Below are positions 15,221-29,029 of a stretch of 64,000 bases of DNA, piece after piece. The first letter of the stretch is position 1; the number at the start of each line of letters is the position of its first letter. The notes under the pieces are model-generated. The model was not told where the DNA came from, did no database searches, and saw only the letters and a program-made list of their open reading frames with translations. Source of the DNA: the human T2T-CHM13v2.0 reference genome, Homo sapiens; assembly GCF_009914755.1 (NCBI RefSeq), contig NC_060930.1. One strand, 5' to 3'. The position numbers and the translations under genes are program-made.

Positions 15221-16847
15221 TAAAGAATTAGTCAGAAAAATAGAAAAAAGTTTGTAAATAGCAAGAATGGCTTCTTCTCTTCCAAGTGAATGAGAATCCA
15301 AGGAGGGCAGAAGGACAAGCAATACACTATGTTAAATGAAATGCAGTTTACAGTGAAAACCGATGGAGTGCATCTAGTGTCATAATTTGGATTGCTCAGT
15401 AAGGAACTAGTTTGGTGTCACTTCTATAAAGATGTATTAGCCAATGGATTGCATAGAAAATGCATTATCTTCCATTCTTAAGGAACTGTTTTTAGAGTCT
15501 GTTTTGTGTTTATGCCCATTTTAAAATGTTTTCTATTTGTGGATTTCATATATAATGATTTATCATAGTAATAAAAAAGATGGGAGTTCAAAGCATGAAA
15601 TCATATTAGGATAGCTCTCTGATGACTGATATGACAGAAAGATGAGACTGATGTTTCATTCTGTAAAGCACTATCATGACTTAGCTATGAAACAAACTCA
15701 TAAATATGTTAGATTGTGTGTGGACATTCTTTCATACATGAATATGACACTTTTAGTCATATTCTGTAGATCTTTAACATGGTGCATTACCTAAAATTCA
15801 ATATTATTAGTTTTAAATTTCAATATACCGTATTACTAAAATAGAAGGGTGCCGTATCTTAAAATCTGGATTAGCTTGTATTTGATTCATTGTGTTTGAA
15901 CTCACATAATGGATAAACTAAAAATCTATGAATATTTTTGAGAAATTAAAGAGATTGTTAAAATTTTTCATGTCACTAATCAGTAATTTCCACTGTCTGT
16001 TAGGACCAACCTCCGCATATTACTCACTTTTATGTTGTGTTTTAAATTTTTGCACAATAAAATATATCAAATATATATTTAAAATAAACATATGTATATG
16101 TAGTCATAACTTGGATAAACCTAGGTACAAGACATTCAGGGACTTTGGCCATTAATTATGAAAAAAAATCACTGCTTTAGATATAAGGTTGAAAAAGATG
16201 GCATGAGTCGCTTTACATCCCATTTTTAATTATGAGATCAACTTATCACTAATGTCCTTTCAAACCACCCTAAAATGGGGACAATTATTTCATCTTGATT
16301 TCCAATGATTGTTTTTAAGTCTTTATGTAAAATTAATAGAAGGAGGTAATTTACAGGTCCTGTTAATGAATTTGAATGCAAAATACTGTGTGTATTATTG
16401 TTAATTGACTTTAATAATAGTGTCATACATTATTTAAATTGAATTTATATTTTATTTCATATATGTGTATGTTTGGGGGACATTTTTAATAACTTACATT
16501 TGAGTGAAAATGCAAAAATATTTCTTCCAATAAAAATGTTGCCAGTTTTCTACTGTGTCACTGCTGTCATTGTGTAAAGATTTGATAACTGGAATTTTAC
16601 AGCACAAATTTGTAGTCCATTAATTATGATGATTTATTCAATATTTAATAAGAGCATCCCAGAACCTTATAAAAGTTGAAATGAAAAGACCAATTGTTTA
16701 AGGAGAAGAAAAACAAAACAAAACAAAATATGTAGATGTAGTTGGTTCCACATAACTGTTTCTCATCATGTTCAGTAAATTCACAGAACACCACAATCAG
16801 CCAGAAACTAAGCTGGTGAAACGGTGAGCCTTCTTGTTTGGTCTGGG

Positions 16848-16880
16848 GTGTGTGTGTGTGTGTGTACGTACATGTGTGTG
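16848..16880. repeat. (GT)n microsatellite
   Basis: Seen directly. Confidence 0.85.
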
Positions 16881-17024
16881 TTTGTATTATACACGCATTG
16901 ATATGGTTTGTGTCCTTGCCCAAATCTCATGTCAAATTGTAATCCCCAGTGTTGGAAGAGGGGCTTGGTGGGAGGTGGTTAGATCATGGGGTTGATTTCT
17001 CCTTTGCTGTTCTCCTAATAGTGA

Positions 17025-17326
<302 letters not shown>

Positions 17327-17567
17327 GTGAGTGAGTTCTTGTGAGATCTTGTTGTTTTTTAAAAAGTGTGTAGCGCCTCTTCCTTCTCTCTCTCTTTTTC
17401 CTGCTCCAGCCATGTAAGATGTGCCTGTTTCCCCTTCACCTTCTGCCATGATTGTACGTTCCTGAGGCGTCCCCAGTCATGCTCCTTGTAAGCCTTCAGA
17501 ACCACTAGCCAATTAAACCTCTTTTTAAAAAAAATTTTTTTTTTAAAAATTTTAAAAAACCTCTTTA

Positions 17568-17825
<258 letters not shown>

Positions 17826-17831
17826 TTACAG

Positions 17832-18240
17832 TTTTTTAAATTATTATTATTTTTAACTTTTATTTTAAGTTCAGGGGTACAAGTGCAGGTTTGTTACATA
17901 GATAAACTTGTGTCTTGGGGATTTGTTGTACATATTATTTCATCACCCAAGTATTAAGCCTAGTACCCATTAGGTGTTTTTCCTGATCCTCTCCCTCCTC
18001 CCACCCTCCATCCTCTGAAAGGCCCCAGTGTGTGTTGTTTCCCTCTATGTGTCCATGTGCTCTCTTCATTTAGCTCCCCCTTATAAGTGAGAACATATGG
18101 TACTTGGTTTTCTGTTCCTGTTGTAATGGATAATGGACTCCAGCTCCATCCAGTCCGTGCAAAGAACATATTTCATTCATTTTTGTAGCTGTATAGTATT
18201 CCATGGTGCATATGTACCCCATTTTCTTTATCCAGTCTAT
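17832..18240 (-). mobile_element. L1PA (older, ~PA11-16) 3' end, 5'-truncated
   Basis: TTTTAAGTTCAGGGGTACAAGTGCAGGTTTGTTACATAG...TAGTATTCCATGGTG. Confidence 0.9.
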
Positions 18241-19879
18241 CTCTTTATAGCAGTGCAAGAACAGACTAACACACACACATTTTTGTTCCTTTTAAGGAAA
18301 CAAACATAGGAATAAAGTAGTAATTGGAAAGACTGAAGTAGTAACTGAAAGATTTTGCTAAGCTCTCTGCGTATGTGGGTGGGTGTGTGTGTTTCTTGAA
18401 GTAATCTCTTACACTTCTAATTACCCCTAACACCATAGATTAGTTTAATTAATCCTCTAATAATTTGGCCTAAGAGAAATTTAGCAATGATAAGGTAGTG
18501 ACAAAAATTGGTTATGATTTCTACATTTTTGTATTTCTGATAATTTGTTTAGATATTTTTTAGGTTAACAGTTTACAGACAGTAAAATAATTCATTACAA
18601 ACATTACAAACACTTCATGTCCACTGGTCATGATACTAGATAAAACTTTCATTCAACATGCTGAGATGACCAAGTCTGTGACAAATAAAAATAGTACTCT
18701 ATTTTACCCTAGATTACTATTTCAGCTGAGCAACAACGTCTTGATTATACCTCGATCATTTCAGTCATTTTAACAGTGTCTATATTTTTAGTTAATTGAT
18801 TGTAGTAAATATAGCTAATTCTGTTGATTATTTATCACTGTTCTATATGCCTATTAGAGTTCTCATTATCTCAGGTGCAGTTTTAGGAGGCAGTTTTAAC
18901 CTATTAAATTCACAAGGTTTGGTCCAGTTTTAAGAGACAGAAAGAAGTAATAATATACTCACAAATTAGACTTTTAAAATACTTTACCTGATTTGGGGCC
19001 TTTTAATATATTTAATCATTTAGCAATGTATTAACATTTTTGTATGCATATTTATCCCTAAGTCATGTATTCTGGATGCCTTTGTCTTCTTTCTGAACAA
19101 TGTCAAATAGTTCCAGTGTGATTTCCCTTTTTAATTAGGCTGCAAGGACAGTTGGCCCCTGATAGGATTACGGGATGGCTTTGTATAAAATTTGCTTCTG
19201 ATTAGCAGCTCCAAGACTTTGACATCCTACAGTTTTGATCTTTATCTCTTATCAGTTGTTCTGATAGCTCCTCTACAATAACTGTATTTCAGCCATTTCT
19301 AATGCATTGGTATTGAAAAAGGAAAAAAGATATTTAGGTAGGAATTTTTGTCATTGATCAGATTTTGTATGTTTTTGTTTCCTTAAAAAGTTTTATATTG
19401 GAAATAGTTCATATTTAGCTTGAAAATATTCTGGCATAAATAATTAACATGATAGGAAAATGATCGTGGATAATGGAGTTTTAAGAGCAGTTAGGAATTA
19501 CCCTAAATTTTAAATTTGAGACAAATGTGTTTTCCGTGATGCAAGAACAGCTGCCAGTCTAAGGAAGTACAAGAAAGAGATTTTTGAATTAGTGAGCTAT
19601 ATAAAATTGTCCTCACATTGATTTTCTAAAGTAGCCTGCCAATCAGAGGTCATTTTTAGTTCACCATTGCCTCTTACTTAGTATGAATTTTCCATTTTGC
19701 ACACAAATATAAGAAATACAATTTAAAAAATGGTACATTAGGAAAGCTAAAGTACTTTACTTGACTCTTAGTTTACATTGCCTTAGTGACACCAGCCAAT
19801 GAGGAATGAAAAATCCAGGTGAGTTAGAGCAATGATCAAAAGAAAAAAAAAAAAAGAACAAGAGTCCCCCCAACTAGAA

Positions 19880-20450
19880 GAATACAATTAAAAAAAGAGG
19901 CAGTACACATGGTTAATAAACAGATGAAAAAATTAAAATTCACTTGTACTATAAGACAGGCAGATTAAATTATTTTTACCTATCAAATTAACCAGAACAA
20001 AGGCATGCACTTTAGTGAGGATGAGGAACATACAGATTCACTGGTGAAAGTAAATGTACACACAACCTTTCAAGTTGATAGTTTGGCAGAAGTTGCTAAA
20101 AACATTTAAAGCTTTCATACTTTTTGATAAGGCTTTTTATTTTAGAAAACATATAAATAAAAAAGAAGAAATACACACAATGATTTCTTTATAAGTATAT
20201 ATTCATAGAGTATTATATTACTTCCACATGATGGCATATTTTGCAGGCATTAAAGTGATATTGAAGAATAGTAAAGAAGCACACCCAGTACATAGTGTTA
20301 AATAAACAAGGACACCAAATATATATACCTTAGTATCTAAGTCCTGTAAAAATATGTGTTTACATAGGAAAAAACTTAGAAGGAAAATGCAGAATGCATC
20401 AAGTCTGTGTTTTCATCTGGAACTATGAATTTCCTACAACAAGCATGTTA
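19880..20450 (+). mobile_element. Ancient L1ME 3' fragment
   Basis: AATAAACAGATGAAAA, CACTGGTGAAAGTAAATG..ACAACCTTT..AGTTTGGCA; boundaries approximate. Confidence 0.45.
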
Positions 20451-21734
20451 ATTATACTGAACTAATGAAAATTGCTGATTAAACAAAGAAGTGAATGCTA
20501 AACTCAAGCCAATATATAACTACTTTTCTATGTAGAACATGTTAACGGAAAGGGGAAGCATATAAAGTTAATTTTTGATGGAAATGTTCACAAAAGTAGC
20601 CAATCAATTTAATAAAAAGAAAAATCAATCAGTTGGTCAGTTCTTTCAGAACAGTAAAACATTTTGTCAGTTGCCCCAACTACAATTATTCCTCAATTGA
20701 CTGTATTGATAAGCTGCTTTGAAGTTGTTTAGACGCGTTTTTGGAGAAAAAAATATTGTTGAAAAATACTTAGTGAAACTTAATAACAGGGCACAGTGGG
20801 AGATCATTAAAATGAATCCTCTTGCTTGGTTGAGGCAATGTATTGGAATGCAGATCTTACTGATTTACTGCAAATATCTGTATGAAAGTGAGCCCATATA
20901 TTAAAATCTGTGTATTATAGAAGCCAGAATACAAGCCTGTTTGATGTAGTTGTGATGAACAACAAAGTTAATTAGACTATTTTGTAGTTAGTGGGTCATC
21001 TTTAGATTTCTTTCGAGCATTACAAACAAATTCATTAACTAATGACATTAACTATTTTATGTCCCTAGTGGGCACTTAGAAGAAGAAGAATTGACAGTTC
21101 AGTACTTTGCCTCTAAGCTGCTGGTAATGATGAGTCTGTATTTGTGACATCTAGTGGAAATAGATTATCCATTCACGAGGTCTACACTCAGATATGACAT
21201 GCTATTGTTCTTCATGGTTAAGAGGCATACTTTTTCCAGCTTTCACTTTATTGCGTGACTTATTCACAAAGTTTCTTTACAGTAACACTGTTTTAGCACA
21301 CTTATCTTTACATATTGCAGCCATTTTCCACAGTAAAACCAGATGGAAAAATCAGGGATAATTGGTGGCAAGCTGTATCAATTAAAGGGTATTAAATCTA
21401 AAGCAGGTCGAGCTGTGTCCTTTTCTGTGTACCTTCAATTCTTGGTACCTTCAGTTCCTGCACACCCAGTTTTTGGCACCCTGTTGCTCATGCTCTCAAC
21501 CATTGTAAATACATTGAAGGTGAAAAGCTCTAAATTATAGAATATTAGAGGAAGATGAGATCTTACCAAAGATCTTCCATTTTCCTAATGAGACATCAGA
21601 AGTCCAGAAAATTTATGGAAATTGCCTAAGGTCAGATGTAGTTAGTGACAAAATTAGAATTAGACTTTTGTTCTGTTGCCCTATTATCTATCATTTCCTT
21701 CTGCTTTGAGAGACTGCAGATGACTCCTTTCAAT

Positions 21735-21965
21735 AGAATGGTGATTAAGACCATGGGCTGGGGAGCCTCATTTTCTTGGTTCACATTAGAGCCCTATTCC
21801 TTACTAGCTCTGTCACTTTGGGCAATTTACTTAACCTTGCTGTTCATCAGTTTGTTTTGTACAATGATGATGAGAATACTACTCGTATTGGTAATTGTGA
21901 AGATTAAATGACCTAATATTTGTAAAGTGTATAAAATAGTGCTTGGTATAAATTAAATGCTCTAT
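21735..21965 (+). mobile_element. MIR (an antisense MIR piece lies just upstream, ~21570-21690)
   Basis: CTTACTAGCTCTGTCACTTTGGGCAATTTACTTAACCT...GTGAAGATTAAATGA. Confidence 0.75.
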
Positions 21966-22021
21966 ATAAATATAAATATCTAGAGTAAATTAAATGCTCT
22001 TTAAAATATAAATATCTAGAG
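21949..22021. repeat. Tandem duplication, two ~36-bp copies
   Basis: TAAATTAAATGCTCT..AAATATAAATATCTAGAG twice. Confidence 0.85.
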
Positions 22022-23974
22022 TAAAAACAATCTAGACAAAGAGGACACATTATCTCTTATGTATAGAATGTTATTTTTAATATTGCAGCCAAAATGTGCT
22101 TTAATAATACTAATTTAATATAAAGGAAACATAGGCACCATATCACATGAGTTCTAAAGATTAATGGAAGTCATATGTGATATCTTTGGTTAACATCTTC
22201 AGCTCTTACATTTTCAAACACACCCTTCACTTTCCTATTGCTTAGAATGCTTTTTACTTGGGCCTCTTTTGAATTGATGGTTTTTAAAATGCACTTTTAG
22301 ATAACAAAGGTAACATTTTAAGTCTTAGAAAATGTACAGAAGGAGCATAAGGGAGAAAATACTGAGCTATGTCTAAAACTTAATAATGCTTAAGTTTGGT
22401 GTCTTATAAATCAGCCTCTGTTAATATTGTATTTTTGGTCTTTTGTCTCTTGCCACAATAATCCCTGAATATTGTCATTCTACAAACAATATCAAATCAA
22501 TATTAAAGTTCCTATAGAATATCTTAAATTTAAGAATATATTCCTTTGTTCGCATTTTTTTAAAAAGCAACTGGTCTTTGTTTTCTTTGGTTTTAGTACT
22601 ACATTTCTACCTAGTCAGCGGCCAAATAATCCCTATATATTTATTCCTTTCAAATGACCTCCATTTGCAGAGAATATTTTAGGGGTAAGTTTTAACTATT
22701 TCTCTTAGGGACTGTCCATACTTGAGAAAAACAGCCTGAGGCTTAACATTTTCTGTGTATGTTTGAAATGGCAACTGCACCGTCATGCAGGCTTCATTCT
22801 TGAGCTATTTTCAGCTCTGGCTGCTTTTAAAACCAAGTGGAGAGTGAAGCAGCAGCTACAGCAGGGCGAGCTGTATCATGTACTTTCAAGTGTAGACCTA
22901 GCCTTAAAGAACAATCTACTGAATGGCATTGAAAGGATAAGACCCAGAAGAGATATTATTTTCTCTATTTTAATGCTTTCTGAGTGCCTTGAAAGTGATG
23001 CTTGACCTGTGTATCATAAATCCAAACCAGAACATTTTAGAAGAGTCATTTATATCTCAGCTTTTCATGCTTCCATTGCAGCCCATGATAGTGCATTTCA
23101 TCATATTATTAGTTAGACTAAGTGCCTCCTAGGGGGCATTGTGACTTGACATATGCGGAGCTGGTTGATCTGAATGGCATATTCTAAGTGAGATGTCCTG
23201 CTTAAGTCACTAAGAATGGTTTCAGGGAGGGCAGTATATTTTGCCCTTTTCTACCCCAGAATGACCTGAAATGACAGCTGGGTTCATTCTGCTGACAGTG
23301 AACCTCTTGCTCTGCCCGAACTTAGGTTTCTTAGAGGAAAGGAAAGAAGAATCGGTTTTGTAACTCATTTGCTACTGGTGACATGACAGGCTGACTCCAT
23401 GTGAATACACGATTCAGAGAATGCAAGGAAGAAGAGGAAAACAAGCATTTTGGGCCAGTGGGGAAAGAGTATCACCCTACATTTTAAATGAGTGTCCAAC
23501 TTACTTCATATAAAAGAGACTCAGAGAAAAGGTTTATTTCAGGCCTTTTGTTGAAGTAATAGTTTACACAAAGGAGAACATGGTTAAATAAAGCACTGAT
23601 TGAGTCACTGAGTTTTGAGTAAGCTTATAGCTACTCATGAAATTCAGGATGTTATTAGAAGTTAGGGAGCATATAATTCATACCTTCTCACCTTTATGTT
23701 TTCACCTGTCTTAAAAGAGTTTCTGTTTCTTCCTTGAATTTAAAAATAAAACCAGAACATTTAATCAGTGGTCGAAATATTTTAATTTTCTCTTAATTTG
23801 GGGGTTGGTTTTTAATTTTTTAGTTATTTGTAAGCCACAATGATGGCAGAAGATGACATAATTTGTATGTAAGGATTGCCACTCATCTGCATGTGTTCAG
23901 TGAGAAGAACCTACCACTCATCTTTGGTTCACCTCATTTTCTTATTCATATTTGAAGTCCCCTGCAATGGTCAC

Positions 23975-24470
23975 AGAGGAATTAGGATGCTTTTGTTATC
24001 TCATACTGGCTTAAAAAATAGAGCAGTTTATTACCTCATGTAAAAAGACTTCCACTGGTGGAGTAGACTCCTTGGTTGGATGATTTTGCATTCATTATAT
24101 CATCAAAGATTCTGATTTTCCCCCCTTTCTTCCCTGTCATCTTTGGAGTTTCAGTCTTGTCCTCAGGCTCCTTCCTCTTTTAGTTATAAGACTACTCAAG
24201 CAGAAAACTAGGACAGCACATTCTCTATTTATAGTAGTGGAGGATGAGGTGGAAGGAAAAAAGGACATCTTTCAAGTCCTTAAACATCTTTCCTTTTGTC
24301 TGATTGACTCCATCCTGGACCAAAATCAGTAATGGGGAATACTATGAGCCAATTTGCTAAGTAGCATCACCACCGAGAGCTGGTAATGCAATTGATAACA
24401 AAATGAAATGGGTTCTTTAGAAAAGAGGAAAGAAGAAATGCATGTTGGGTAAGTAGCCATCAGTGTTTAT
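23975..24470 (-). mobile_element. Old MLT1-type LTR (degenerate)
   Basis: TTAGGATGCTTTTG...CTGGCTTAAA...TTTATTACCTCATGTAA; boundaries approximate. Confidence 0.35.
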
Positions 24471-24494
24471 TTCAATCCGAGGCCTTATGTGAAA

Positions 24495-25258
24495 AATAGT
24501 ACAAACCATTTTATATCCATTAGGATGGCTATTATTAACAAAACAAAACAAAAAATACAGCAAACCCAGAAAGTATCAAGTGTGGGCTAGCATGGGGAGA
24601 AATTGGAACACTCATGCATTGCTGATGAGAATATGAAAGGGATAGTTACTATGGAAAGCAGTTTGGCAGTTTCTCAAACAGTTAAACATAGAATTACCAT
24701 GTGATCCAGCAATTCCCCTTCTAGATATATACTTATAAGAATTGAAAACAGGGACTCAAACAAATACCTATATACCAATGTTCATAGTAGGTAAAATAGC
24801 TACTCACAATAGCTAAATTTTGGGAACAGCCCCAGTTGCCATCAACAGATGATGGATGGACAAACAAAATGTGGTGTATGCATACAATGGGATGCCATTT
24901 AACCCTAAAAAGGAATGAAATTTTCTTACATGCTACAACATGGATGAACCTTGAATACATTTGCCAAGTGAAAAAAATCCAGACACAGAAGGACAAATGT
25001 ATGATTTCACTTTATAGAGTGACTGGAATAGGCAAATTAATAGAGGGACAGAAAATAGAATGGAGGTTACCAGAGACTGTGGGGTTGGGCAAATTGAGAG
25101 TTGTTTAATGGGTACAGAGTTTCTCCTGGAGATCATGAAAAAGTTCAGGAAATATTGGGGATGATGATACAACACTGTGAATGTACTTACTGCTATTAAA
25201 GTGTAAACATAAATGGTTAAGATGGTATATCTTACGTCTATTTTACCACACACAAAAA
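24495..25258 (+). mobile_element. L1MB-type 3' end
   Basis: CCATTAGGATGGCTATTAT, GATCCAGCAATTCC, CATGCTACAACATGGATGAACCTTGA. Confidence 0.88.
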
Positions 25259-26160
25259 GCAATGTAGAGCCAACGGGATATCATGTGTTGGTAACATCAC
25301 GAGCTTGGAAATAAGATACAAGAATCAATAAATTAGTGTCTCTTCACTCTTTTTTTTCCTTACTCCTGCATACCAAGGGAAAGTGGAACTGAATGTGGAC
25401 TGTGGGTTGAATGCTGTTCAGCAATACTTAGTGCTCTAACTTCCAAAGACCAGTGCCCAAACATTGGTGCTTATTCCCCATAGGAAACATGGTCTCTTTA
25501 GCTGTGTAAAGTTGTGATAAACCAACTGACTGCAGCCATTCTTTTAAAACAAAATGTAATCGCAATTATAAGCTTTAGCAATAAACAGAGGGCAAAATGA
25601 TCTACGTCGTTCTATGTGTTTCTAGTCTTCATATTTATTCTCAGATTTTCTCGTCAACAAACCAATAAGCTAAAGGTTGGAGTATAATGCCAAATTTCTA
25701 TTTCTTGCTTTACTTTTTTTGAAAGAAATAAAGAATAGATACTAAAATAGAGATGAAAATAGCCTTATTATTGGTTGTCAAGCACTTTCTCCATGAAGCA
25801 GGGCTCTGATAAACTACATAAAAGAGTGAGGCTCATACCTAAAACCTAGTTATGCTTTTATCTCCTTTGGAGCAGATCTGTGGATGAGGCCAGTTTTTCA
25901 GGACAAATTTAATCAGTCTCACATATTCAGTCTCAGAGAACCTGGAAGAGAGAGAAAATGGTGTTTTTTATTTTCTCAGAGAAAGAAAAAATGGGGAGGT
26001 CCTCCCCAGGTGTGCCTAAAAGTAAAAGAAAGTGAGGGCTCCATTACACCTGAACACAGGCAGGTCAAACTGCATTACATACTTGGCCCCAGCCACAAAT
26101 GTGCAGTGCCCTTTAACATATGAATCTAGATCATCTGCTAACAAAACATGATTCAATGAC

Positions 26161-26523
26161 TGTATTAGTCCATTCTCACGCTGCTGTGAAGAAATACACA
26201 AGACTGGGTAATTTATAAAGAAAAGAGGTTTAATTGACTCAGTTCCACATGTCTGGGGAGGCCTCAGGGAAATTACAATCATGGTGGAAGGCACCTCTTC
26301 ACAGGGCGGCAGGAGAGAGAATGAGTGCAAGCAGGGGAAATGCCAGATGCCTATAAAAACATCAGCTCTCATGAGACTCTCATGAGACTCGCTATCATGA
26401 GAACAGCATGGGGGAAACCACCCCCATGATCCAATTACCTCCACCTAGTCCCAACCTTGACACGTGGGGATTATTATAATTCAAAATGAGATTTGGGTGG
26501 GGACACAGACCCAAACCGTATCA
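26161..26523 (-). mobile_element. THE1 solo LTR (THE1C-like)
   Basis: TGTATTAGTCCATTCTCACGCTGCT...CCAAACCGTATCA; perfect TSD ATGAC. Confidence 0.93.
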
Positions 26524-27116
26524 ATGACTATCAGGTTTTCTGCAATCAGATTAGCTGCTCCTCCTTCCTTAGGGAGGAAGGAACATACTTTTTAAATATT
26601 CATGGAGTGAGGATGGAAACAAATGTAGATTTGTATCTAACAGTTAAATGCATACTTTGTGGGAAGTGGTCATACAGACTAGCATGTACAGATGCTAGTC
26701 AGTCTGGTGAAGGGGCTCTCCACCCCAATCTGTATTCTTGTTCGGCACTGTCCTAAGGGTGAAGGTCAGATGCCATATACCTCAAATTTCTTGCCTTGAT
26801 ATTGATTGAGCTCAATCATCACGTATTTTTTTCTGAAATAAAGTTGGGCAACAAGCAGAAGGCAAAATAAACTGAAGTTCTGTGATGCTAACTAGAAAGT
26901 AACTAAATGAATTTTAAACCTTTCTGTTGGATATAGGACATTCTTGCGTCTGTTTTCAAATAATTGTTATATAAAATTTTTAGCTCTTACTGCTCTTTCA
27001 CTGAAACTCATTAATATAGGATGATGACTTGCTCCACGAAGTTCTTTCAGTTCATACTTCTTTTTCCTTATTGTGTTGAAAACTCAAAGGAATGTATAAT
27101 ATTATAGAATATATAT

Positions 27117-27412
27117 ATTTTTTAAGACCAGGTCTCACCCTGTCACCTAGGTTGGAGTACAGTGGTGGGATCATATTTCATTGTAGCCTTGAATTGCTGG
27201 ACTCACATCATCCTCCTGTCTCAGCCTCCCAAGTAGCTAGGACTGCAGGTTCTTGCCACTGTGCCTGGCTAATTAAAAACAAAAATTCTTTTTTAGAGAT
27301 GGGGTCTTGCTACCTTGCCCAGGCTGGTCTAGAACTTATGGCCTCAAGCAATCCTTCATCCTTGCCCTCCTATAATGGTAGGATTAAAGTCTTGAGCCAC
27401 TACTCCTAGCCT
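27117..27412 (-). mobile_element. AluJ (diverged)
   Basis: AluJ-type TGTAGCCTTGAA..CTGG and TTGCCCAGGCTGGTCT. Confidence 0.88.
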
Positions 27413-27439
27413 AATATAGAATCTTAAAGCTCTAAAAGA

Positions 27440-27590
27440 TAAAAACTCTCTGGTCTTGTTGATCCACTCATTTTAAAGGATTAGGCCATTGAGGCAATTG
27501 ATGCCTGCAGCTTGTAAGTGACATGTTCAGTGTCCTGTGGCTATATAGTGGTAGAGCAAAGCTCAGGGCTTAGGTTATTTGTCCTTTTAA
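27440..27590 (-). mobile_element. MIR fragment
   Basis: CTCATTTTAAAGG...TTGAGGC...AAGTGACATGTTCAGTGTC. Confidence 0.4.
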
Positions 27591-28873
27591 ATTAGAATTT
27601 ATTTAAATATTCAAATAAAAGGCAGCTATGAAGCCTTAAAAGTACAGATCTATAATGTGAAAAGATCACCCCCAACCCTTGGCTTTCATGCCCATTTTAT
27701 CCCTGTAAGATGTCTGGCAGGGATTATTCCAGGGGGAGGAGGCCTATTTGGCCAGGGCCTCAGTTCACAGAAGGCCCAGTATCTTAAATTTAGACTTTTG
27801 AGCTTCTCTCTATAGGAGGTTCCTTAGTCCCAGGGATTAACTGATGGATTTAGAGAAGATTTAGAGAAGAATTTAGGTTCATTTATCTTAAAATTTTAAA
27901 CTCAAGTTTCTTCTGAATTTTATAATTTTGTTTGGGTACTACAAGTATATGTCCTGTTGTTTTTAAATTAAAAGTGTTAATGTGTTTAAATGTAGACATA
28001 TAACATTTATTTACATTTTTAAACCTCTGTTTGGCATTTTTTTCAGTTTTTTTATGTTTTTCAGGTGTCTCAAAAATGGACAGTGCTGGGATATCTCTTG
28101 AGCCCTGAGCTGTCCTGTTCATGGCTGGTGACTGCAAAGCCTGCTTGGCCAGGCAGAAGCTGTTCACTGTGGGTCAGCGAGTGCCACTGTTTGATAGCTC
28201 TCATTGTTGGAAATTTCAGCTGTTCAGATCCTAGCCTTCTGAATCCTTATAGGCTTTTGGAATTATTTGGGACTCAAGAATAACTCAACGAAATCTAGAA
28301 ACCATTATGTTGATAGAGAAACAGAGGAAACAAATGGCAGAGAAGAGCACAGATTGTGAAGGTTAGAGAAGGTGTATGGATGGGGCATAGATTAGCTGTC
28401 GATGTTTTCAAAGGATCTGTAAAACCTGAGAAGCATTCAAGGAAGGAGATGAGGTAGAAGCTACCAGAAAAAGCAAAGCAGAGGGAAAAAAAGGAAGAGT
28501 GGGCAAGGAAGAGCACCAGTCATGGAGAAAGAGAATGAGTGAGAGGGACAGCTCTTGGGGGACTTTCCAGGAGATGAAACCGAGAATCTTGGATCATTAG
28601 TCATTTATATCCCAGGATTCTCTAAAGGAAACTCATGTGTCTACAATGAGTATGTGAATGCGGGGAAGGGGCAGGGGATGAAGGAGGAGATTCCCCTGAA
28701 CTCAACCTCTAAGGGCAATCAAAAGCCATGGCAACCGTAGCAGCTCAGCACACTACACAAGGGGAATTTGGCTGTTTTGATACCATTATAATATATCAGT
28801 CAGGCTAAATTGATTGAAAGAAAAGATCCTCTCAAGTTACCTCGGGAAAAAGATGTATTTTAAAGAAATACAG

Positions 28874-28883
28874 ACCGGAAGTG
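28874..28883 (+). promoter_or_regulatory. Perfect ETS (GABPA/ELK-type) motif ACCGGAAGTG
   Basis: Exact consensus with CpG retained in a CpG-poor background; function not shown. Confidence 0.35.
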
Positions 28884-29029
28884 GATCTATAGCGCCCTAG
28901 AGGCTCAAGGCATTTATAGGGATTGATGGGTTTCTCTTGCTCCAGTTCCTTCTCCTCCCCTACACCCCTTTTTTTTTTGCCCTTTCCTGCCCCTCTGTCC
29001 TACTGTTCTGCTGCCTCCTCCTTCTTACA

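Noticed and set aside
26016-26444. 142-aa minus-strand ORF
   Set aside because: Largely THE1 LTR sequence.
28889-28904. Canonical CTCF site
   Set aside because: Two bases shorter than the core consensus; kept only as a partial motif.
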